Positions 27,883-37,400 of a stretch of 64,000 bases of DNA are shown in pieces. Source of the stretch: a virus (Duplodnaviria; Caudoviricetes); the IMG/VR virus record IMGVR_UViG_2770939586_000001. One strand, written 5' to 3'. The position numbers were made by a program, and so were the translations under genes. Each line of letters starts with the position of its first letter. Within the stretch, counting starts at the first letter, position 1. The notes below the pieces were generated by a model. The model was not told where the DNA came from. It saw only the letters and a program-made list of their open reading frames with translations, and searched no databases.

Positions 27883-28490
27883 TCGATGATAAGCGCGATA
27901 TTATCATTTCAGAAGGCGTGTCTGTGGAAGTATACGGCGTAGATTATGCTGTATCTACTATCGCCATTATCGGACGGGCATCAACTTCTACAGCGACTCT
28001 CATTGCACTTGAGTCGCATCGCCGCGCTAATTTCTTACCGGAAGTGCCGATGCCATGCGGCTCCACCGTGTATAACAATGTGACGAACGAGCGGTATGTG
28101 ATCATTTCTACGTTTGAAGAAGTCTTAGAAGGTGAAAAGGCTACCACCGTTTGTATCATGTATTTATGCAACGCAAGCCTAACGGTAAGCGCCATTGTAG
28201 AAGATGCGGATGAGGACGGCAATATTGACTATAAGCCGGTTGATAAGTACAAAGATGTACCCGTTCATATTGCGCAGGTAAACGCAGACTTACGACAGAT
28301 GGATCCCGGACTATCACCGGATGCTGAGTATGTGATTTACATGACGGGATATGATTTGGACATACTGGACAAGTTTGTGGTGAAGAAAGGGAGTCGGGAA
28401 CTTCCGTTAAAGGTACTGTCGTGTGATTACTTCGTATTTGATGGGGCGGTGCAGATTCAGGCTGCCACAGAAACGAGGAGACAGGAATGA
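27879..28490 (+). CDS. Head closure protein (putative)
   Basis: Synteny; beta-rich. Confidence 0.5.
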   Translation: MIDDKRDIIISEGVSVEVYGVDYAVSTIAIIGRASTSTATLIALESHRRANFLPEVPMPCGSTVYNNVTNERYVIISTFEEVLEGEKATTVCIMYLCNASLTVSAIVEDADEDGNIDYKPVDKYKDVPVHIAQVNADLRQMDPGLSPDAEYVIYMTGYDLDILDKFVVKKGSRELPLKVLSCDYFVFDGAVQIQAATETRRQE

Positions 28491-29146
28491 GCAAAGAGTT
28501 CATTTCATTCGATGCAGGGCGATATTTGCAGGCGCTGGCGAAAACGTTGGAGAAGGCTGTGCAAGAAATTGGGAAGGACTTGCAGCAGAAACTCCGGGCT
28601 AAAGTTGGGATGATACCGTTTCGATCACATAAAGTTACGCTCGAATCCGGCATGGTAACGGATGATACGACACGGGGGCGAGCGCTAGCTGACTCCATTC
28701 AAACATATGCATCCGGGCAAGTGTCTCTGATGGCAAACAGAGTGTATCGTACTGCTGTAACAGCGATGGAGAGGAATTTTGAGCAATCACATATCGGCCT
28801 ATACTACGAGTATGGGACAGGAACGCTGGAACTACCAAATAGTCCGTTGCCACGAATGGGAGAATGGAACCCGGCGAGGAACAATGGTGTTCCTGCAGCA
28901 GGAGCTCCGATTGTGACACGTAGCGGCATGTGGCGTGATGCAGGTGGAAATATACGAACAACGATATCTAAAACATCAGGTAGAGCGATTGGTGACCCAA
29001 GCTGGGAAACACCTGCTTTGCGATGGTTTGCGAACACTTTTCAAGAGAATAAGTCGTGGTACTATGCGATGCTGATGGAAGCTGTAAAGAGCGTCAATCC
29101 CGGTAAGTATATCAAGTTGCGAAAATCCATTCGTATAATGAGGTGA
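28487..29146 (+). CDS. Neck/tail completion protein (HK97 gp10-like)
   Basis: LADSI..YYEYGTG..PALRWF motifs. Confidence 0.6.
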   Translation: MSKEFISFDAGRYLQALAKTLEKAVQEIGKDLQQKLRAKVGMIPFRSHKVTLESGMVTDDTTRGRALADSIQTYASGQVSLMANRVYRTAVTAMERNFEQSHIGLYYEYGTGTLELPNSPLPRMGEWNPARNNGVPAAGAPIVTRSGMWRDAGGNIRTTISKTSGRAIGDPSWETPALRWFANTFQENKSWYYAMLMEAVKSVNPGKYIKLRKSIRIMR

Positions 29147-29150
29147 TTAC

Positions 29151-29597
29151 ATGGCGGCGGTTAATGTATACAATGCGGTGTATCGGTTGCTGGCGGCAGA
29201 TAAGGATATTTTGGAATTACTCGGATTGACACTTGCTTCTTCAAATATTGATAAGGCGAAAAAGTTGATAAAACGCAAGAAGCCGCCGAATTTAACGACA
29301 TTACCTATCGTCACATTCTATGCGTTACCTGGTGGCCGAGATGGTGAGAACAAGGAAGTGTATGTAGCACCATTCATGTTCGATATTTACACGAATGATG
29401 ATGTAGATAAGGCGCAGAAGATAGCGCAGCGTATTATCGGGATGTTCGATGGTGTACTTCCAGATGTGAAGGAGACAGCCACATTGGAAGCAATGTTCGT
29501 GACCGAGCATGAGAGTGAGACGAATCAGGTAAATACGTATTGCTATAGCGTGGGGATTGACTTTGCGGTTGTGGTGGATAAAGCACGGTACAAGTAA
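29151..29597 (+). CDS. Tail terminator protein (putative)
   Basis: VYRLLAAD, PIVTFY, FDIYT..AQKIAQRIIGMF pattern; precedes tail tube. Confidence 0.6.
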   Translation: MAAVNVYNAVYRLLAADKDILELLGLTLASSNIDKAKKLIKRKKPPNLTTLPIVTFYALPGGRDGENKEVYVAPFMFDIYTNDDVDKAQKIAQRIIGMFDGVLPDVKETATLEAMFVTEHESETNQVNTYCYSVGIDFAVVVDKARYK

Positions 29598-29646
29598 CTG
29601 TCTACTCTATATATGGAATGAGTAGACTTTAAGGAGATGATATGAC

Positions 29647-30555
29647 ATGACTCAGATCGGAAACCCAAAGAAAGTCATTATCAAAGGTGTCGGCGCACTC
29701 ATGGGTTCATACGAGGTGCCAAACCCGGACAAGACTTCTGCACAGAAAACAATTCGCCGGGCGTTGACGCTTGGTACGCTGCAAAGTCTCAAGATTGATT
29801 TTAACGTGGAGATGGAAGATATTTTCGGCGGTGACTCCAGCTTTCCGCTTGATCAAATGGTAAAAAGTAAGATGATCGAGATTTCAGCAACAGAAGCGAA
29901 GTTCGATATGAATTCCGTGTCATTGCTGATGGGTTCGCCTATCCGAGAGAAAGAAAACAATGACTATCTATGGGAAGTGGGGCGACTTGTAAAAGTAGTA
30001 GCTGGTACAGCAGGAGACCCCAGCACAGCTACCATTACGAATCAGGCAATTACTGGGGCCAGCGGAACAATCACTGCACTCGATGTAAACGTAACCCTCC
30101 AAGAATCAAACACACAGCTTGAGTTCGAAGGAGTAGCAACTAGCATCACGGATGTACCGGCTGCTGGCAAGTTCAAGGTATGGGTTCCAACCAGCGGGAC
30201 AGTCGGCACATATGATTCAGTGATTCTACTCGAACCGAGCATTACAGAAAACGTATATGTTTCGTATCGCCGTAAAATGGCACCTGATGATGAGCTGCAG
30301 GTCATGAACATGTTCAAGAATGACCTGCCGTTCCCGATCTCGGTTGTGCATACAGGTGCATATGTAAAAGATGGACGATTCCACGGTGTACAAACAGAGC
30401 TGTACAAGTGTATTGCAAAAGGTCAGTTCTCGCTCGACTTCCAGCGTGCGAATGCTTCAACCAATGCACTAAGTCTCAAAATTGTGGACCCAGAGCTGCC
30501 GTGCGGCCTGATTGGTACGATGAAGAAATTCGTGACTACGCCGCCTGCTTGCTAG
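29647..30555 (+). CDS. Major tail tube protein
   Basis: LGTLQSLKIDFNVEMEDIFGG..FP; synteny. Confidence 0.75.
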   Translation: MTQIGNPKKVIIKGVGALMGSYEVPNPDKTSAQKTIRRALTLGTLQSLKIDFNVEMEDIFGGDSSFPLDQMVKSKMIEISATEAKFDMNSVSLLMGSPIREKENNDYLWEVGRLVKVVAGTAGDPSTATITNQAITGASGTITALDVNVTLQESNTQLEFEGVATSITDVPAAGKFKVWVPTSGTVGTYDSVILLEPSITENVYVSYRRKMAPDDELQVMNMFKNDLPFPISVVHTGAYVKDGRFHGVQTELYKCIAKGQFSLDFQRANASTNALSLKIVDPELPCGLIGTMKKFVTTPPAC

Positions 30556-30573
30556 TTGCGAATTGATCGAACA

Positions 30574-30604
30574 AGCCATCGGTATACGTATCGGTGGCTA
30601 TTTT
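30574..30604 (+). terminator. Intrinsic terminator
   Basis: AGCCATCGGTA-TACG-TATCGGTGGCT-ATTTT. Confidence 0.7.
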
Positions 30605-30623
30605 CACATAGGAGATGATATGT

Positions 30624-31076
30624 ATGGATACTGAACAACAAGCGCTAGAGATTGCTCGTAAAATGAACGAAGAAGCTGTGCAGCGTGTAGGCGAGACGAT
30701 TACGGAGCAAAAAGAAGATGATAAAGTTACATCGGAGCAGGCTGAGCAAAACAAAAAAGTGTGGATGGAAACAGGAGAACCATTTACATTCCGTGATGGT
30801 AAAACGTATTATGTGCAGCCGTCTGCGCTGGCCGATGCGTTTGAAATTATGGACATTCTCTCTAAAATTAACGTATCACTGGTTATCGCTAACTTCATGC
30901 CGACAGGTGACGCAGAAAAGGATAAAGAGCGTATCGGCAATGTATACCGGATTATGGAGCTGGCGTTCAAACAGTACGGATTAACGAGAGAGTATATTGA
31001 TCAGAACGTAGATGTGGTCATGGCTTCTCGGATTATCGAAGCGATTGCAGGGATGAACGGCCTTCTAAAGGTATAA
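30624..31076 (+). CDS. Tail assembly chaperone (gpG-like)
   Basis: Between tail tube and tape measure; ends CTT CTA AAG GTA TAA. Confidence 0.7.
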   Translation: MDTEQQALEIARKMNEEAVQRVGETITEQKEDDKVTSEQAEQNKKVWMETGEPFTFRDGKTYYVQPSALADAFEIMDILSKINVSLVIANFMPTGDAEKDKERIGNVYRIMELAFKQYGLTREYIDQNVDVVMASRIIEAIAGMNGLLKV

Positions 31077-31387
31077 GCCCATCGTCTGAAAAAGAGGGAG
31101 AAGTCGAAATTCAGGATGACGATGGGAATGTCATAGACTGGGGCCATATCTTCACAGCTCTTTATTTGCACACTTCACTTCGCAAATGGGACATATGGCA
31201 GCATACAATTCCGCAGATCGCCGCTTTAATGGCCGCTATCGGGAAGAAAATCAAGTTTCAGATTCAGATTAGCGCAGGAGGTCTGTTCGGAGGTGTGTCC
31301 GGTGAAGATGGTGAAACAGACGAAGAAGGTTATCATATCGCAACAGAGAAAGATATTGATTTAATAGTATCAGTGCTCGGAGGATAA
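31067..31387 (+). CDS. Tail assembly chaperone extension (gpT-like), probably read by -1 frameshift
   Basis: -1 frame is open across the gpG stop: KGISPSSEKE...IDWGHIFTALYLHTSLRKWDIWQHTIPQI; no obvious own RBS. Confidence 0.65.
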   Translation, partial: KGISPSSEKEGEVEIQDDDGNVIDWGHIFTALYLHTSLRKWDIWQHTIPQIAALMAAIGKKIKFQIQISAGGLFGGVSGEDGETDEEGYHIATEKDIDLIVSVLGG

Positions 31388-31422
31388 ATCCTGCCTACTC
31401 TAAGGGCAGGATTATTTTTTTT
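31387..31422 (+). terminator. Intrinsic terminator before the tape measure gene
   Basis: AATCCTGCC...GGCAGGATT followed by a T run. Confidence 0.7.
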
Positions 31423-31438
31423 GATCGGAGGCGCTTAT

Positions 31439-34400
31439 ATGTCAGAAGAAAAGCACACGTTAGCCACGGAGATCGAACTGTTATTCGGTAACGCTGTCAG
31501 TGAAACAGAACGGTTAGCTAACGCTATGGCTCTGCTTAACACATCCGTTACAGCTTCGGAAGGAAAGCTGAATCTTTCTCAGTTAGTGTCTGATGTGAGC
31601 AAGTTGAAAGAAGCTCTTTCCGGTGAAGGTAAATTCATTGCAGAACTGGACGGGGGCAATATAAAAAAGCGTGTAGAGTCGTTTTTAAACAATGCTATTA
31701 ACAATATGCAGATTGAACTTAAACATGAAACGCGCGGGCGAAAAGCGAATCAGATTGATGTTTCGCAGGAAACAGGCAAGCTGGCAGAGCAAGCGCATAA
31801 GCAAATGATGGCAGAAGTTAAGAAAGCGATTGAGGAAGGTATCGTACCGGAAAGTTTCCGAGTAAAGGGAGCGGCAGGGAAGGTAAATGTAGATGTACTG
31901 AAGTTAAATAATATTGATGAAATGATAAAGTTGACAGCGCAGGCTGGGTATGAAGGTGCTGTAGATACATTAAATCGTATCAAAAATAGAGTCACACAAT
32001 CACAGATGGAACAGGAAGGATTCAAGTTTACCATTCCATCTAATGCTGTAAACGCGATAAAAAATACGATTCAAGACAAAATCATCGCTGCAATGGAAAA
32101 TGCAAATGTTAACGGAAACTTTAAACCAGTGGCATCATTCAACCTACAATCATTGGATTTGATTCAGAAACGGATGCGGACAGCGCTGGAAGAATCGATT
32201 AACAAGAATCTCGAATTTGAGTTCATCAACGGTAAGACGAAAGAAAAGGTGCCATTCAAATTCACGTTTACAACTGAGCTCATGCATCGAGTGACCGAAA
32301 TGGCACAACGCGAGCTCGCTAACGTGTTGGTGCAGCCGGGTAGTGTGAAGCTGCCCGAAGGATTCACGGGTGCAGACCTAAAAATCAACGTATCCGGTTT
32401 GGAGGAAACGCTGAATAAGATTAAAGCGTGGCTGGCCGCTGTTAATCGACACCTGCTTACAACGGATACAGAAGTTAACACACTTGTTTCATCCGGTGCC
32501 GGTATGGAATCGTTCCAACAGCAGGTCACAGCGGTCAGCGAGAAAATCAAGCGGATTACTGGAATGCTAGGTCAGGTGCATGTTTCAGATGATACGGCAG
32601 GGCTAACGGCGTTCATCAAGGAAGTAGATGCTTTGCAAGGCTCACTGGTTCATTTTCTAAATGTATACAAGAAGATCCCGGCCACGATGCGATCATCATT
32701 TGATGAACAGTTATCCGTTGTGCTGAAAGAATATGAGTCTACGGTATCTCAATTGAAAAGTCAGGTGTCTCTAAAAGGACTGTCAGAGGGCGTGGCGACT
32801 TTACAGAAGAAAATGCAAGATTCGATTGAACAGACATTTGCACAGTTGATGAAAGAAGCACCGCCAACGATTGATGCCGAGAAGTTGCTTGCTGTATATA
32901 AAGCATGGTCAGGTTCACTTACGGAGCATTTGGGCCAGCTCTCAGCAGAGGAGCTAAAGCGAGTAACTGTTGCTTTGGTATCGGAAAGTGAAGGCATACA
33001 AGGCCAAGTAACAAGGTCTCTTCAGAAGTTACTGCATGTGGCGATGCCGACCCAGGTAGAGGGTGAAGGCATTACCCTTCCGTATCATGATGTTCAAGAA
33101 CGAGTAAAAACGAATGTGCAGGCGTTTGTACGTCAACTTGTTAGCGAATTTGAGATTACCCGTCCTCCAAAAGAAGGAGAAGGGCTGGGTGTTTCTATAG
33201 AGATGCCAAAGCAGGCTATCGAGCGTGTGCAGACCATGCTGAAAAGTATGGTAGAGGAGCAACTGCGTGAGATCGCTGCACAGACAGGTAAGCAGAAACC
33301 GTCTTTGTCTGGTGAGGAAGCGAAGCAGATGGATGCCCTGCTGTATGCGGAGTCTAAGCAATTCCTCAACCTTGTCGTAGATCAGGCCCGTTCTATCGCT
33401 AAGTCATTTACGGACGGCATATCGAAAGACGGATTCGCTACCTTTACGCAGGAAGAGCGTGGCAAGGTACGGGATGAGCTGTTAAAAGGTATCGGGCATA
33501 TCGTATCGGAACTGTCTACCACGATTCAGGTCCTGCTTAAATCGTTTTCCGTGCCTACTGATTTACAGGTGGTAACTGGCGGGAAAACAGCTGGGATGCT
33601 TCAACAGATCATGGAGAATATTGACCGGGAAATTATTCGGCACATGGATCAGATTCAGAGCGTAGTAGAGGGTGGAACTGGTGCGAAAACTACGTCACGT
33701 TTGCATCGCTTGAAAACGGAACTGTCTGCATTAGAACATGGCAGCATTCCGAAAGCGGAGATAGAGCGATTGAAGAAAGAGGATGATGCCTATCGTTTCT
33801 TCACAGCACTAAGCCAAGCAGGAGTAGCCCGACCGAAGCAGGGCGACGATCAGTATGGGAAGTTCTACGTCTCGAAAGATCCATTAACTGGAGAAAAGGT
33901 ACAGCCCGAGATTCCGAAGTGGGTACGTTCCCTGTTCGCCCCTTCCGATACAGGAGTTAGCTTTTCACATGCGGCACGTAGCCTATCGGAGAACTACCCG
34001 AATTTAGGTATTCATTCAGAAGATGCCTTGATGGAGCGGCTTAAGGTACTGGCAAACCGATACAAGGGATTTCGCGATATTGAAGAAAATATTAGACGAC
34101 AAATGATGACGGAAGCAGATCAGGCGGTGGCTGACCATATCCGGGCTGATATTGCGCGTTTAGAACGAAAGGAGCGTCTGCTTCGTGCCGCGAGAAACTA
34201 TACACCAAAAGGACGCAGCTACCGAATAAAGGACGAGTCATGGGAACCACTAGCCAATTCTTTTTCCCGTGAATCACAGATGTACGGTGGAAATATCCCG
34301 CGCTTTTCGCAAGAAGAAGTACAAACGATTGTGGAGCAAAAGCGAGAAGGGAATGCACCTGTTCGAGAATTACGCGAGAAGCTTACTACCACGCAAACCG

Positions 34401-37400
34401 CGCTGGCAAAAGAAATCGAGGACAAAATCATCAATAATGCCGACTCGTCTATGCGTGATTTAGCACTTGCGATTCGAGAGATTCAACTGCCACCGATGGA
34501 GTTTACGATCGTAGGCCGTATCCGGTCATGGATGCAGCAGATTCAGGATGAGACGATGCATGTACTGGAACGGATGGTTGATAGTTCGTTGCGTCCGGTG
34601 CTCGAACATGGCGTTCCATTCCCGGCGCACAACACAGGTCAACCGTTTATTCATGCAGGACAGCCGTATCCACCTGGATTCAACCCGTTTGGTGGTCCTG
34701 TTCCTCCGAGTCTAGTACCAATCAACGTACCGCATGCAGATGGCGGAATGGTTCGAACAGACTTTGACCAGATGCATGCGTTGGAACGGCAGGCTCTTAT
34801 CAATGCAGAGCGGATTCAGAATCGATTCAACGACCTGATGCAGAAAGGGACGTTTACACAGGAGAACTTCGCTTCACTCACAAATTTCCTGAACGCCTAT
34901 CAGTCTGAGGTACGGGCGGCGGCAGGTCGTTATCGAAATGTACTTACTCAATTAGGAACAGACGGCATAACGGGGACTGAAGATCAAACAGTCGCCCGTT
35001 TGTTGGCAGAAGCAAGAACAAGACTACGTGAAGAAGCGAATCTTGCTAAACAACGACTCGATCATTACATTGAGAATAGCTTCAAACCAGCTAATCAATC
35101 TGATGCATTGACGAAGCGCTTATTACAGCAGGAGCTGAAAAATATAGGATACCTTGATGCAGCAGACTTGAACATGCAGAAGATGCAGACGAAATTTCAT
35201 GGCAAACTAGATGTTTCTCAGATGCAGTTGTTAAATGATGAGTTGCTGCGTTATCAGAAACGTGCAGAACAACTAGGTTCTATGCGCTTGTTGAATGAGG
35301 AGGACATTTTAGCATCGAAGCGTGAGATACAGCATTTGAATCAGTTGCTTGCGTCGATTTCGGCAAGGTATAGCCAGCTTGCTAAACAAGCAACAGAGGT
35401 AGCGAAGCAACAACGAGCAGAGGAGAAGCGAGGGGAGCTCATCGGGCAACATAATTTGCTTCGTGGTAGAACTCCATTCCAGTTCAATCAAATTGAAAAT
35501 GTTTTAAAGTCGCTACCGTCCCTCAACCAGCATGAAGTAGTATTGAAACGAATAAGTGACTCAACGAATACATGGTCCGCTACTGTCGCGGATGCGAACG
35601 GGAATGTACGCACCCTAACTGGAACGATTGATCGAGCAACCGGGGAAATATTCAAGCACGCAGAATCTCTAGCAGCTGCTAAAAAAGCGCAACAAGAACT
35701 AATCAAACAATCGGAACATGACATTTTCGCAACCGGAAATCAAGGTAGAAGACGTAGCATGGATGGATATATGTCGCCCAGTACTGCATTTGTGAACGAA
35801 GAATATCACCCGATTGCACCAGGTGGTGATATGAAATCTTTCATCGGAAGTATCACAAACACTATACGTTATATCCTGAGTGGTTACCTGATTAATCTTC
35901 CTATGGCATTGATGCAGGGAGCTACGGATACATTCAAAGACATGGAACTAGAAGTCATGCGAGCAAAACAGAACTTTTATGTCAAGGATTCGTCATCTGA
36001 TAAATCAATGCTGAATGCCGCTGTTTTTCGGCTTGCTGAACTAAATGAAGCTGCAAAGCTTAAGAATGCTGATCCTGAGATCAAGAAAAAGTATAGCGAT
36101 GATCGATACAACGATAATGCTGAGTATAAAAAAATGCTCGAAGAAGAAAAACAACGAACAGTTTCCATGACTAGTGATGAAGCAGTAAGGAAAATCAAAA
36201 AAATATCCTATATCTATGCTACAGAAATAGAGGATACGTCCAAAATTTTTGCGGTAGCTTCCAGACGTATTCAAGACCCAAACGAAGCAATGGCGATGAC
36301 TCGCGCTGTTTCAAAAGTGACAATGTTCGATGAGACAAAGAATGTGGAGCAGCTATCCCAAGGATTCGAGGCTATCTTATCGCAATGGGGCGTAAACGGA
36401 TACGGACTAGAAAAAATTGCAGACATGATGATCATGGCAACCAAAACATCGCAAGCAACGATTACAGACCTGATTCAAACACAACAACGTGCAGGTGCGA
36501 TCTTCCGTAATGGTCTTCCTAATATGGATAAAGAGACCGCCCTTGCTACATCTATTGCGTTTTCCTCAATCTTCAACCAAGCGACTGCGCAGTCTGGTAA
36601 TTTAGGCGGTACGTTCTATAAGAATATGGTCGAACGTCCATATACAGCGGATATGGCTGCTATGTTGGCGCGATATTCTGAGCAACCGATCTTTAAGAAC
36701 GCAGGAATTGATCTAAATCCTTACACTGTCGATGCAAATGGGACTCGTCACCGAAAAGATTTTACTGAGGTGTTTTTTAACCTCATGGATGCAAAAAAAG
36801 TAACGGATGATGCCGGAATGTCTAAAATACTCGTTCCTGTTATCCAACGTTGGTACTTAGGACAAGCAAATGCGATCGAAGCTTTCATTGCTGATGTTGA
36901 GCATTCTACGGAAGCAATGAACAAGTCAATGGAGAAGTTTGACGAGGTAGAAGGGAAACCGCATAAAAAAGAAGAGAAGAAAACCCAGGAAGAGTTGCGT
37001 TCGGAGCTAGAAAATAGGCTGAAAAATGCCTCTCCTGAAATCAGAGACAAGATGTTAGCTAATTTTGCTGGTGATAAAGTTAACGACATCATGAAAATGA
37101 CACGCGAAAATGTCGAGATGAAGTTGAAACAGTTAGATGAAATCGAGGGTAAACCGCACAAAAAAATCGAAGGGAAATCCATCAACGCATTTAATGAGTT
37201 TAGAGACAGGATAAAAAATGTATCGCCTGAAACAATCGCAAAATTAGAAGCGATGAACATGGACACTCTTTCATTCCAAGAGCGCCGACTGAAAGTATCA
37301 TGGGAAATCGCTTCAACGAATGTGTTGGAGCAATTCAGGGGAGATTTTACTGGATTAATCACGCGATTGAATATCTTGTTGAAAGCGTTAGGCAACCACT

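Noticed and set aside
29151-31387. Contractile tail, tailocin or eCIS
   Set aside because: No sheath or baseplate wedge genes; capsid and terminase are present
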